Shown in pieces: positions 30,914 to 41,059 of a DNA stretch of 64,000 nucleotides; position 1 is the first letter of the stretch; every line of letters begins with the position of its first letter. The position numbers were made by a program, and so were the translations under genes. The DNA comes from Candidatus Heimdallarchaeota archaeon (GTDB taxonomy: Archaea; Asgardarchaeota; Heimdallarchaeia; Hodarchaeales; Hodarchaeaceae). The notes under the pieces were generated by a model. That model worked only from the letters and a program-made list of their open reading frames with translations. It had not been told where the DNA came from and searched no databases. Where the stretch lies: positions 567,822-631,821 of the forward strand of contig RDOB01000003.1 in NCBI GenBank assembly GCA_011364965.1, given 5' to 3'.

Positions 30914-31303
30914 TTATGAGATCCACTTAAGTAATGTTTCACTATCCTGTTTCAATTCCCAAAATCGTATATATAGATGACTAATTGATATTATTTTACC
31001 CATTTTTTTCGCTTTGGTATTGAAATCTGAATGTTTAAGCAAACGTTGAATGAAGGTTGCTACTTCTGTTTGACCTACAGTTAAATAAACGATACAATAC
31101 TTAGAGTGACAAAGATCTTTTTGATATAATCCTCCATCACGGGTGAAAAAGGTTACTTCTCCGTTTTTATGCAAGAATGGGATGATTTCTGGATCTTTCA
31201 TCCCTTTCCTACCAACTTCATAACTAATCTGGTGTACATGTATTTTCTAACTTTGTAATAATAATCTCTGACTATCAATGATATTTTCATCAAGAAAGAT
31301 CAA
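30914..31303 (-). pseudogene. DUF5615-like PIN toxin with an in-frame stop
   Basis: TTG 31303 MIFLDENI..., TAG at 31247-31249, then GMKD...FFTRD; start overlaps the DUF433 stop. Confidence 0.75.
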
Positions 31304-31566
31304 ATCTCTGAAGACTCCGGAGCGAGCTTTGGATTGTAAGAAATAAATAGTTCACGTGCTAATCGTATAGCCTCTGCAATTGCTTCTTTAGACAAAGAAC
31401 CACGCCATTCATTAACAATAGCTTCCCAATCCATTCCATTTGCCACTTGTTCTAGAACATCAGCCACTAAAATACGTGTGCCTCGAAAAGTTGGCTCTCC
31501 ATGGCAAATTTCAGGATCTTTGACGATAAATCTACCTAAGTATATTTCCGAGTATGTAAACCTCAT
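31300..31566 (-). CDS. DUF433 antitoxin
   Basis: DPEICHGEPTFRGTRI motif; start uncertain. Confidence 0.88.
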   Translation of the reverse strand: MRFTYSEIYLGRFIVKDPEICHGEPTFRGTRILVADVLEQVANGMDWEAIVNEWRGSLSKEAIAEAIRLARELFISYNPKLAPESSEI

Positions 31567-31693
31567 CAGAGGGTAAAATAATGTTTGCTTATTCCTAAAT
31601 TTTCTGTTAATTGTATTCAATCAGTATTTAAAGTGATATTCTTTAATTATTTTTCCTTTTTGCCATTTTACTCCAATCTCAATATGACATTAA

Positions 31694-31753
31694 ATGTTCC
31701 TAAAATATTATTTTTTGGGAAGATATCGTTGGTATTACACATAAACCTCTTTA
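31694..31753 (+). repeat. Cassette-boundary site type A with left hairpin flank
   Basis: ATGTTCCTAAAAT..TTTTTGGGAAGAT-ATCGTTGGTAT-TACACAT-AAACCTCTTTA. Confidence 0.8.
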
Positions 31754-31970
31754 TATTCCTAAAAACTTATTTTTTGGTTAGAATTGCCTTTATAAAATGA
31801 TATTTCTACAAAATAACATTCTGATATTTAAGAGAAAAATAACGGTTTTCAAGAGGTAAATTCAGATTTGGAGAAGAAAGAAAATTTATGTAAGAAACAT
31901 TTTTACAATTATTTTCGTATCAAAATGCTTTTAGATATCATTAAAACCAAGCTAGATAAGAAAAAAACGA

Positions 31971-32873
31971 TTATTGAGAAATATTGGGCTTTAACATGTC
32001 TCTTAATTTTACTTGTTGATGATGAAATTTTCTCTCATAGGCCACAATTTCACCTTCGATGGCATCTTTAGGACACCATTCAAAACAAGCGATACAATTT
32101 TCACAGTGATGCAGCCAGATGGGCGTAGTATTTACCACTTCAATGTTCCTCACTGGACACACACGAGCACAAATTCCACATCCATTGCATTTCTCATTAA
32201 CTTTGAAGCTCTTATCTGCTAGATGAATGAGCTCAGTAAAGGGAAGATTAGGGACTTCTGAAAGTTGCTTATAGCGTACAGAATACATAAATCTCATAAA
32301 GAGGTTATAAGGTGCCATAATTGTTTTCCATAACCTACCTGGAGTTTCAAACCAGCCTTCTTCAAAGTTAGACACATAGTTTGTTATGATTTCAAGTTTC
32401 CTTTTCCATTTAGCTACTTTTAGTTGTAGTTGAGGTGAATCCTTGTTTCCTGGGTCAAAATTCCTTAAGTCTTGATGTAAAAAGACTCGTCTCATTTTTT
32501 CTAATGGAGAGGGGGGTATGCTCAGCTGTACAGTAAATCCAGCAGCAAGGTCTCCTCCCTGATTCCTAATCATCTCTCTTAAATTTTCAATTGTTGATCC
32601 AGGTCCCCCCTTATGCGTACAAACAGCGAATACATATTTAGTACTGAGATTCTCCAATTTATCCAGAAATTGTTTAACTATCAGTGGAATACCACTGACT
32701 GCAGCAAAATAAACGGGGAATATGATCCCAATAACATCTGCTTCGGATTTTATGGACACCCTATCCATCACGGATGGGATTGAAATCAGCTTTCCATTGA
32801 GTTCTAATGCAAGATCCTGGGCGACAACCAAAGAATTTCCAGTGCCTGAAAAATAATATATCTCTTTATTCAT
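31971..32873 (-). CDS. EFR1-family flavodoxin-ferredoxin fusion
   Basis: YFSGTGNS; CxxCxxCxxxCP twice. Confidence 0.9.
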   Translation of the reverse strand: MNKEIYYFSGTGNSLVVAQDLALELNGKLISIPSVMDRVSIKSEADVIGIIFPVYFAAVSGIPLIVKQFLDKLENLSTKYVFAVCTHKGGPGSTIENLREMIRNQGGDLAAGFTVQLSIPPSPLEKMRRVFLHQDLRNFDPGNKDSPQLQLKVAKWKRKLEIITNYVSNFEEGWFETPGRLWKTIMAPYNLFMRFMYSVRYKQLSEVPNLPFTELIHLADKSFKVNEKCNGCGICARVCPVRNIEVVNTTPIWLHHCENCIACFEWCPKDAIEGEIVAYERKFHHQQVKLRDMLKPNISQ

Positions 32874-32893
32874 TGGCTATTTCACCTTATTAT

Positions 32894-33355
32894 TCAAAAA
32901 GAGATCAACCTGGTTGTATGTACTACAAGAAATAAAAAACCGACACCTGTAAAACCCCATTTGACAAATCTGATAACTTTCCATTCTAGGTCTTTTTTAG
33001 CGTCCATAGGTTTAGATTTATTCTTAATACTAAGAATAGCACCTAATGCTAATAATATTACCATAATAATTCCTAAAATCCATCCAGTAATCCAATCCGA
33101 TTGATTCACAGGTGTTGAGGTAAATCCATGAACAAGTGACAGTATCAATGCGAATTTGCAACCATTAATGTGTAAATGATAGAGTAGTACTTTCCTTTTC
33201 TCATAGAATCCATGACAAGGCTGATTATTCCATTTTTTATCAATAATTTTTAAAATAATAAAGATCGAACCTATCAGTAGCAGTATCTTGGCAGATGATG
33301 CTGATAGGTCACTGATTATTACATTTACATTTGCTATCAATTTTTTTAACTCCAT
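32894..33355 (-). CDS. Small 4-TM membrane protein with intramembrane His residues, possibly haem b-binding
   Basis: Hydrophobic helices with LH, VHG and VH. Confidence 0.55.
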   Translation of the reverse strand: MELKKLIANVNVIISDLSASSAKILLLIGSIFIILKIIDKKWNNQPCHGFYEKRKVLLYHLHINGCKFALILSLVHGFTSTPVNQSDWITGWILGIIMVILLALGAILSIKNKSKPMDAKKDLEWKVIRFVKWGFTGVGFLFLVVHTTRLISF

Positions 33356-33386
33356 TCTGTTGGATTTTTACTTTCTTCACTTTAAC

Positions 33387-33426
33387 ATATTGTCCGATAA
33401 TGGACAATATGTCTAATACTGGACAT
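33387..33426. promoter_or_regulatory. Tandem TetR operator palindromes
   Basis: ATATTGTCC-GATAAT-GGACAATAT overlapping ATGTCT-AATACT-GGACAT in the divergent promoter. Confidence 0.7.
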
Positions 33427-33467
33427 AATGGGTAATTATTTAAAGGTTTTCGTTTACTATTCTAATC

Positions 33468-34199
33468 ATGAAGAAAACAGCTAAAAATAAGTCGAACGCG
33501 TTCCAACCAGAAAAAATAACGAAAGTGGATAGAAGAATAAAGAAAAATCTTAACGCCATTTATAAATCAGCTAGTCAGCTATTTACAGAAAAACCATTTG
33601 CTGATATCACCATGGAAGAGATAGCTGAACGAGCTAATATTAGTCGGTCTACCTTATACAATCATTTCAAAAGCAAACACGAAATTTACTTTCAAATGGG
33701 ATATGACCGCTTTAAATCTGTTAATGATGATTTGATTAAACTGAAGACCGCCCCAACGACTGGTTTTGAAACGATTATGACCCTCTGTGCAGAATTGTTT
33801 AAGAATATCAATAAGAATCCCATGTATACGAGAATAGTTTCTTTGTTCCTAGTAAACAAGAATCTCCTAACCGTTGACAAAATATTGGACAACGAATTAC
33901 CTCCTCAAGAAGCTCAGAACATGTTCGAATTACCTGACATCGAAATCATGGCCAAGTATTTGGAACAACTCCGTAGATATGAAGTCCTTTGGGCTGAACT
34001 TATCGCTAAAGGGATTTCTGATGGATCGATTATCACAAACTTAACACCAATTCAGCTAGCGCATTACTTATTCCTTATAATTAATGGAACCTTTGACCAG
34101 ATGATCTTAAAGCAATATGTTCTACAAAAGTTTGAATTGACGAATGAGATGATCTTTGACAAGACAATGAACATCATAAAACGAATACTTCACGAATAG
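33468..34199 (+). CDS. TetR/AcrR regulator
   Basis: ITMEEIAERANISRSTLYNHFKSK. Confidence 0.93.
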   Translation: MKKTAKNKSNAFQPEKITKVDRRIKKNLNAIYKSASQLFTEKPFADITMEEIAERANISRSTLYNHFKSKHEIYFQMGYDRFKSVNDDLIKLKTAPTTGFETIMTLCAELFKNINKNPMYTRIVSLFLVNKNLLTVDKILDNELPPQEAQNMFELPDIEIMAKYLEQLRRYEVLWAELIAKGISDGSIITNLTPIQLAHYLFLIINGTFDQMILKQYVLQKFELTNEMIFDKTMNIIKRILHE

Positions 34200-34241
34200 C
34201 AGTTTCAAAAGGTATACGGTTTAAGACCCCTAGATTCTTAA

Positions 34242-34270
34242 TGCGTTGGTAATACGACATCCAAACAACT
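34242..34270 (+). repeat. Cassette-boundary site, type C
   Basis: TGCGTTGGTAA-TACGACA-TCCAAACAACT. Confidence 0.7.
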
Positions 34271-34303
34271 AAGAGCGAAAAAACCATAAATTTCTATATG
34301 AAG

Positions 34304-34390
34304 AACTCAACAAACGTCTAAGCGATTTTATTAACTAAAAATATGATAAAGAGTTGCTCTTCCTCTGAATCTATACAGAAAACGAAGTTC
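34304..34390 (+). repeat. 87-bp direct repeat, copy 1
   Basis: Near-identical to 38167-38253. Confidence 0.85.
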
Positions 34391-34439
34391 CAGACATTTT
34401 GTGGTGATTTTGTCTGCTTTTAAGAGATAATGAGGCTAG

Positions 34440-35063
34440 TTACAATTCATGTATTTCAAACAACTTTTTGGTTAAACTAAGTAGATAATCGGAGAATTCT
34501 TCTTCATTCTTAGCGGGGAAATTTCGGTAGAACACAAAATGATGGATAGCTAGATCAATTATAGTGGAATTAGCTATTATCTCTTTTTTGGTCATTTTTC
34601 TGGGAATTATACCCAAATCGAATAAATTTTCAAAAACAGGGATGACACTAATTACTTCTTGAGCAATCGCTCGCGAATCTTGAAAAACAGTTTGATCACT
34701 TAGCATGGCGATTTCCATTGCCTTAGTAAGTTCTATATTTTCCTTATGTGAAGTAACAAATGCTTCAAGTAAATGTTTGAGCTCCAGTTCCCAATTTGAT
34801 TTAGTAATCATTGGCAAAACTTTTTGGAGATCTACATTAAAATCAGCTAAAATAGATTTAAGAATGTCTGATTTTCCTCTAGGAAAATATTTGTATAATA
34901 AACCTATACTAACTCCAGCATCCTTAGCTATGCCATGATTAGTAACTTGTAGGTAACCTTTCTGTTCAATTAATTTTCGAGTAGCTTTTTTCAATCTAGA
35001 AATTTTTTGAGGCTTATTTCTAGTTATTATTGTTGGTTTTTTCTCAGATTCTTTTTTATTCAT
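34440..35063 (-). CDS. TetR/AcrR regulator
   Basis: IAKDAGVSIGLLYKYFPRGK; ATG 35063 preferred because the longer start falls inside the operator. Confidence 0.9.
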   Translation of the reverse strand: MNKKESEKKPTIITRNKPQKISRLKKATRKLIEQKGYLQVTNHGIAKDAGVSIGLLYKYFPRGKSDILKSILADFNVDLQKVLPMITKSNWELELKHLLEAFVTSHKENIELTKAMEIAMLSDQTVFQDSRAIAQEVISVIPVFENLFDLGIIPRKMTKKEIIANSTIIDLAIHHFVFYRNFPAKNEEEFSDYLLSLTKKLFEIHEL

Positions 35064-35110
35064 TTTTTTTACCTTTGAAGCCGGGAATATCAAGTATTTT
35101 TTTAACTGCT

Positions 35111-35176
35111 TTAGTGACACATCATCACTAACTTAATAAATATTTAGGAAAATTATTAGTGACGGATCGTCACTAA
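35111..35176. promoter_or_regulatory. Two TetR operator palindromes
   Basis: TTAGTGA-CACATCA-TCACTAA (35111-35131) and TTAGTGACG-GAT-CGTCACTAA (35156-35176). Confidence 0.75.
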
Positions 35177-35223
35177 ATCATCTAATTATTAAATCAATAC
35201 AAGAAAAAAACGGAGATAAAAAA

Positions 35224-36369
35224 ATGTCTATTAAAAAGAATATAATTACGAAACTTCCAGATTCTTGGCAAGATAGGATTTTGGCTCGTGTAATAGCTAG
35301 TAACGAATGGAAACGTATTCCAACATTTCAAATGCTGTTCGAATCATTTGTTTTAATGGGTGGCGCACGTGATGATATCACTACAGTCTTTACGAATGCA
35401 AATGATCTTAATACTGACTTTTATAAAGTTGCACGTGAACAAGCTAAAGAAAGAGAACAAATAGCCGCTAAAGAAGTTAATCCTTCAAATAAACGAATAG
35501 AATATCAAAAAGCTTTACTCTTATATTTTCTTGCAGATTGGGTGATTTCTGAGGAATCATTATTTAGAGAGAATTATAGCGATTTATTACGCGTTTCTGA
35601 AATAATTGATTCATTAGGAACAATTCCTACAAAAAAAGTGTATTTAGAATGGGAGGAAGGACATATAGCTTGCAGATTACGAATACCAATAAATCAAAAT
35701 AATGGACAATTTCCTCTAATGGTCCTTGTACAAGGGAATGACACAGTTAAGGAAACTTTATTATTTGTTGAGGATAAGTTAATAGATCAAAATATCGCTG
35801 TTTTGAATGTGGACCAACCTGGATGGGGGGAAAGTTTAATGTCAGGGAATCATTATGTTATTTCTATGATATATGATGCTGATAAGATAACAAATGAGAT
35901 ATTCAAGTTTTTAGCAACCGTGGAAAGGATTGATATAAATAGAGTAGGAGTGTTTGGATTTAGTGGAGGTGGTACGATGGCTACTATTTTAGCAGCAGCA
36001 GATCAAAGATTCAAAATCATGGTTTCATATGGTGGAGCAATATATGATTTAGGAAAAGCAATCAAAGGTTTACCAGCAATGCAAAAACGACAACTGCTTA
36101 AACATTATGGGACGTCAAAAAATCAATTAAAAAAACTTATTCCAGCATTTAATTACGATCGAATCTTACCGCAAATTCAATGCGATTGCTTATTGATTCA
36201 TGGAGAAAAGGATACCTTAGCTCCAGTAGAGACCATACATAAAGCAGCAGAATTAATCTCGGGTCCTGTTGAAAAGCGTATTGTCCCTGGTGGTAATCAT
36301 ATGTGCTCAGATACAATGATGGAAATACAGATACCTTTTATGATCTCATGGATAAAAAAGAAAATATAA
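35224..36369 (+). CDS. Alpha/beta hydrolase (FrsA/DUF1100-like)
   Basis: DQPGWGES, GFSGGG nucleophile, HGEKD, GNH. Confidence 0.88.
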   Translation: MSIKKNIITKLPDSWQDRILARVIASNEWKRIPTFQMLFESFVLMGGARDDITTVFTNANDLNTDFYKVAREQAKEREQIAAKEVNPSNKRIEYQKALLLYFLADWVISEESLFRENYSDLLRVSEIIDSLGTIPTKKVYLEWEEGHIACRLRIPINQNNGQFPLMVLVQGNDTVKETLLFVEDKLIDQNIAVLNVDQPGWGESLMSGNHYVISMIYDADKITNEIFKFLATVERIDINRVGVFGFSGGGTMATILAAADQRFKIMVSYGGAIYDLGKAIKGLPAMQKRQLLKHYGTSKNQLKKLIPAFNYDRILPQIQCDCLLIHGEKDTLAPVETIHKAAELISGPVEKRIVPGGNHMCSDTMMEIQIPFMISWIKKKI

Positions 36370-36583
36370 TAAATTAATCCCGAACCATTTAAGGAATCTT
36401 CATACACGTATTGGGATTGGATTCACACCTCTATCAACAAATTGGTATTTTGGAGTATCTTTCAGCACGCCAATAGTAATAATAAGGATTAGTTGGTAAT
36501 ATTTCTAAGATAAGAAGGTACTAAAAAGACTGCACACACCAACCGTTTCAGATGTATATATTCAACAGTTTCGTTCGATAAAC

Positions 36584-37303
36584 TCAATGTAAACTTTTTT
36601 CTTTAATAAATCCTGTTAAGGTCGAGATTAGAGAGAGACTCATGCCGAGAAGGACTATCAGTAATGTTTCAAAGTAAAATTTCAAAACATCTTGAAAAAT
36701 AATATTGAGAACGACAACTATAGAAAGTTCCATCAAGAAAAAGAACACTAATAAACATGATCCAGCGATAATTTGTGCTACATACAAAATGAGATTTTTG
36801 AGATATGTACTTTTCCCAATATTGGAAGCAGATCGAACTGAAGCAAAAAAGGAGGCCTTGTCATTTAGTAAAAAGAACGGTACTCGCTCTGTGTATGCGC
36901 CAACGAAAATGACGAAAAGGAAATAGCTAACAAATAATAACGGAGTTACGTTTACAATAACAAGTACTATTCCCACACTTAAAGGAATTCCCGGCCACAG
37001 AACTCCCCATTTGATAAATTTCATCTTGGATTGATGAGAAAAATGTAAGGGTTGCTGAGAAGCGATCCTAGAGCCAAGTAGATTAAAATAACTAAACCAA
37101 GGCCAGGTGATGATGAAAGAAGCAAGGGGCAATAAGAAAAAAGGGACAAATTCATTGCCAGGACCCTCAAGAGTGAAATCCCAATTAGAACCATAAATAA
37201 TAAGGGAAATAGTCATTATCCAGATGAAATAATAGATGTAATTCTGGAGCAGCGCTCTAGGGAAGTGTATTTTTGTTGTGATCTGAATCATTTCTTTCAC
37301 CAT
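36584..37303 (-). CDS. Hypothetical multi-pass membrane protein
   Basis: 239-aa ORF with about 6 TM helices. Confidence 0.7.
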   Translation of the reverse strand: MVKEMIQITTKIHFPRALLQNYIYYFIWIMTISLIIYGSNWDFTLEGPGNEFVPFFLLPLASFIITWPWFSYFNLLGSRIASQQPLHFSHQSKMKFIKWGVLWPGIPLSVGIVLVIVNVTPLLFVSYFLFVIFVGAYTERVPFFLLNDKASFFASVRSASNIGKSTYLKNLILYVAQIIAGSCLLVFFFLMELSIVVVLNIIFQDVLKFYFETLLIVLLGMSLSLISTLTGFIKEKSLH

Positions 37304-37375
37304 TCCATTAGGGAAGTATATTTACCCTTCTGATCTAGCTTCAGTTTCACAATCAGCCCCCTCTCTAAACTCAAG

Positions 37376-37732
37376 TTAGGATTTTTTTACCTCCAAGACA
37401 ACTGCTTCAATATCCGAGGCCTTTATTGTTCTTCGTCCCTTTTGTTGGGCGTAAGTAACAGCTTTTTTAGCAATATTTGTAGCTACTCGTACAATATCAG
37501 CCTCAGGATCTTCTGGTCTTCCAAAACTTATTCCTGTTTCTGATTCCTTTTTTATAATTACAGAAGGGAATTCCTTAAAGTTAAAATCTCGTTTCAAGAT
37601 CTTTCCTAAAGTATCAGTGGCAATCCTTGAAAATCGAGCTGCCCCACTATGACGAAGGATCCATTCACAGAATAGTCGTTCTTCATAACTTATATCTTTA
37701 TTTTGATTTTCCATTTTTATCGCATCAAACAT
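37376..37732 (-). CDS. Archaeal histone-fold protein with a 34-aa insertion
   Basis: ILRHSGAARFSRIATDTLGKIL and IAKKAVTYAQQKGRRTIKASDI match the two halves of an HMf-type histone. Confidence 0.8.
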   Translation of the reverse strand: MFDAIKMENQNKDISYEERLFCEWILRHSGAARFSRIATDTLGKILKRDFNFKEFPSVIIKKESETGISFGRPEDPEADIVRVATNIAKKAVTYAQQKGRRTIKASDIEAVVLEVKKS

Positions 37733-38166
37733 TCCTAAATAATACCTGAAATATGCTTGCAGTTAAACTGAATACCACCGTCAAATAATATAAATTTATT
37801 TTCAACTCATCTTTGATTTTGTAGAAATTTCTGAGGAATATCGCCATAATACTAGATGGAATTTTGAAGCAGTATTTTTGCAATGTAAGCTTCAGATCTG
37901 ACCAACTCTGGTTCACATTGTTTTACGTGTAGAAAACATAGTGGTTGGTATTTGTATTCTCCTTTTTGTTATGATTGCGCAACACGAAGGTAAGCGGAGT
38001 CGAGAATATTTCGAGAGGTTATGGAGGGGAGGATTTTTTATTTTTTCCAGCTATAACCCGCTAATCATTTTTAATTTTTTTAATTTTGGTTAATTAATAT
38101 AATTATTCTCTTTTTCGATTACCCTATTCTCTTGTGATATCATAAGTGTTGCTTTGTTAAATAAAA

Positions 38167-38253
38167 AACTCAACAAACGTCTAGGCGATTTTATTAACTA
38201 AAAATGTGATAAAGAGTTTCCCTGTCCCTGAATCTATAGAGAAAACGAAGCTC
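38167..38253 (+). repeat. 87-bp direct repeat, copy 2
   Basis: Near-identical to 34304-34390. Confidence 0.85.
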
Positions 38254-38577
38254 ATTTTTTATAAAACTCGTTAATTCCAGAAGAGGAAGTTTATATAGAA
38301 TAGATTTTCTGCTAGAAACCAATATTGTATAAGCTATACTTTCATTTTGCAGAAGAAATGTTACCAGAATTAAAACAGAGATATTTATTATAAATAGACA
38401 TGAAATTTAAAGAGGAGACTTAACAAAGAGTAAATTTTAGTTAATTTAATATTATGGAAATTTGATCTCTCGCAGTTTCGCTTTATCACGATACAACTCT
38501 TGAGCCTTAATTTCAGTAAGTTCGCTCTCTTCTAATAATCCTAATTTCAGTTCACAATGATATTTAAGTAAATCATC

Positions 38578-39225
38578 CTATATTTTTGCACTGAGCTTAG
38601 TTCTGTTATCTAAAACATCCTTAATCATAGAATAAGATTGTTCATATTTATTAATCTGAAAATAGCGCCGAGCCATTAAAGATTTAATTGTGAGTTTCTC
38701 TTTCAATGATAAATATCCCATTTCAAGTAATACTGCCAATTTCGAGAGCGCAGAATCATATTCTCGATTATTAAAAAACGTCATAGCTTCCTGATATTGA
38801 AGCTGAGTTTCTACATCTCTAGCCTTGGAACGACTATCCCTAAAAGGATCAGTTTGGTTATTACCAACCATTGTTTTTTTAAACAGCAGTTTCCCAAGAT
38901 GATTTTTCAGTTCCAGTTCCATTTTTTGCTGTTCAGCTGGACTTATGTAGTCGAGTGATGAAGAGGGGTTCAACCAGAATAATCCACGATAAAAGGAGTA
39001 TTTTACAAATTTCCGTCCGATCAGGTCGAAAAATGGTTTATCGGTAACAACTAAAATTATACCATAGAGGAATACAAGAATCATTATTAGAAAAGTGTCC
39101 TCGGAAACTGATGTTATTGGACCAAGATATCCCAAAAAGCCCAAGAGGGGAAGAAGAATCATGATCATTCCAAAAAAAGTATTGAAATAAGTACCACACA
39201 CTACAGCAAGTCCCATTAGTCTCAA
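38578..39225 (-). CDS. 2-TM protein with a TPR-like C-terminal region; possibly truncated by a premature TAG
   Basis: TPR-like helices; the frame stays open and protein-like after the TAG (DDLLKYHCELKLG). Confidence 0.55.
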   Translation of the reverse strand: MRLMGLAVVCGTYFNTFFGMIMILLPLLGFLGYLGPITSVSEDTFLIMILVFLYGIILVVTDKPFFDLIGRKFVKYSFYRGLFWLNPSSSLDYISPAEQQKMELELKNHLGKLLFKKTMVGNNQTDPFRDSRSKARDVETQLQYQEAMTFFNNREYDSALSKLAVLLEMGYLSLKEKLTIKSLMARRYFQINKYEQSYSMIKDVLDNRTKLSAKI

Positions 39226-39439
39226 GTCCTATAGCAAAAATGAGATTTGAAAATTTGACCTTAATAAATCATTTAAAGAGTTACCTCTATTTATACTTTT
39301 AAGAAAAATAGAGATGAAAGATAGATTTTATGTAAAGTCAACCGTTCTAAATATCACTAGTCAGCAATCATTAAAGGATGTAAATATATTTATAACTCAT
39401 TTTTAGCATCCTCTAAAACTATTCTATTCTATCTAATTT

Positions 39440-39856
39440 TCACTCAATATTCTTTGAGCATTCATCACAGGTAAATATCGTATAAGGGGCATTACTTTTT
39501 ATTGTCTCATGAAAATCCTGGAGCTCTTTTCCGCATTTATCACATTGGGGGATGCCTCTAATTTTAAATTTTACAACTCTACTTGGGCAATAATAAGTGG
39601 TTTCATACTTTTTGGCCTTTCCGAGTTGTCTCATGTCGCCATCAACTCTCATAGCATAGATTAATGGATACATCCCAAGAAAAGCTTCGCCACAAACCCC
39701 AGGTAGTGGCGTTTTATATTCTGCAACGAAATGTTCACCTACCCTATGATTAACTCTACACGCTGAATCGACTGCTAAAACTTCTATTTCAAACTTCATT
39801 GGTTCAATCCATTTATTTTCAGACACAGTTTTCACCCTGATTTCATCATTTGTCAT
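39440..39856 (-). CDS. TIGR04076-like protein with a C-terminal CxxC...CxxC zinc ribbon
   Basis: C...HRVGEHF...GVC..AF...YP, CP..VVKFKI; CDKC and CDEC. Confidence 0.7.
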   Translation of the reverse strand: MTNDEIRVKTVSENKWIEPMKFEIEVLAVDSACRVNHRVGEHFVAEYKTPLPGVCGEAFLGMYPLIYAMRVDGDMRQLGKAKKYETTYYCPSRVVKFKIRGIPQCDKCGKELQDFHETIKSNAPYTIFTCDECSKNIE

Positions 39857-39937
39857 TTTAGATATATGTACAACTGTTTAATAACATTTTTACAAGGAGT
39901 TGTACTTGGTTAAAAGATCATAGAGCAGATTATTGAG

Positions 39938-40116
39938 TTATTTAATTGCAGCAAGGATAGAATTGAAGAGATCATGTATTACTAAATTACTGGAAATTTC
40001 AGCAGTGAAAACAACCACCAGGTCATTCTCTGGAGCTACAAAAATACTCTGACCATATAAACCCCTTGCGTAGTATACACCAATCTGGGGAAAAGTCCCC
40101 CACTGATACCCGTATC
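39938..40116 (-). pseudogene. C-terminal remnant of a serine hydrolase (beta-lactamase family)
   Basis: YGYQW, frameshift, then YYARGLYGQSIFVAPENDLVVVFTA. Confidence 0.7.
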
Positions 40117-40272
40117 ACATTTTTTCTCTTCTTTTAATTCCTGTTATTGCTCAAATCATAAAAAAACTTAAAAGATATCTATCCTGAATATTTCTATTTT
40201 TTTTTAGTACACTCTATCTATCTATTAACATTATTTATTATCAATAGACTTATAAATAATATGGGTTAAAGG

Positions 40273-40527
40273 GTGGGAATGGGTAATAAAATGGGTGTCA
40301 TTGAAATTGATGATCGAGGAAGAATCACTATTCCCAAAGAAGAACGAGAAAGATTAGGTTTAACTCCAGGACAAAAGGCAATTATTCGAGAAAAAGATGG
40401 TGCTCTTATTATTAAACGATTTATCAGTCCTGAAAAATTTATATCAGAATTGAAAGCTTGTATTACTGTTGAAGCTCACAAAATAGATCCATTAGAACTC
40501 AAAACAATATGGGGGCCTCATCTATAA
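40273..40527 (+). CDS. AbrB/MazE-type antitoxin
   Basis: IDDRGRITIPKEERERLGL. Confidence 0.9.
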   Translation: MGMGNKMGVIEIDDRGRITIPKEERERLGLTPGQKAIIREKDGALIIKRFISPEKFISELKACITVEAHKIDPLELKTIWGPHL

Positions 40528-40938
40528 ATGTATATGGTTGACAGTAATATTTGGGCTTATTATTTTGATGTAAATCTTCCTGAACATAAATCTGTTGTCT
40601 CTTTTCTTGATCCACAAATTAATTCGGGAAATATCGCAGTAAGTACAATTATAATAGTGGAGGTCGCTCATTATCTTTTTAAAAGACTAGGTTCTATAGA
40701 GGGATTTGAAAAAAGCAATATTTTTCAATTAGGTCAATTTGAAACATTGGAGTTTACTTCACGTGACTTGGATGAGTTATTAGCCATTATGAAACGAGTT
40801 TCACATTTTGGATTAGGTGGACGTGATGTGACAATACTAGTTTGCATGAAAAAAGCCGGGATTACACAGTTGGTGACTCATGACCAAGCTTTTAGTCGAA
40901 TAAAAGATATAGAAGTAATCGATCCAGTAGTTCTCTAG
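40528..40938 (+). CDS. vapC: PIN-domain VapC toxin
   Basis: VDSN, E, RD, THD. Confidence 0.9.
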   Translation: MYMVDSNIWAYYFDVNLPEHKSVVSFLDPQINSGNIAVSTIIIVEVAHYLFKRLGSIEGFEKSNIFQLGQFETLEFTSRDLDELLAIMKRVSHFGLGGRDVTILVCMKKAGITQLVTHDQAFSRIKDIEVIDPVVL

Positions 40939-41012
40939 ACATCTTAGATTAATGTAAGGATTAAGTTATATTAAGCATCTATATATCAAGATTTAGAAAT
41001 ATCATTGCATTA

Positions 41013-41041
41013 TACGTTGGTATGACACACGAACCTCCGTA
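41013..41041 (+). repeat. Cassette-boundary site, type A
   Basis: TACGTTGGTAT-GACACAC-GAACCTCCGTA. Confidence 0.88.
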
Positions 41042-41059
41042 TAATGCATGGAAAAAGAG

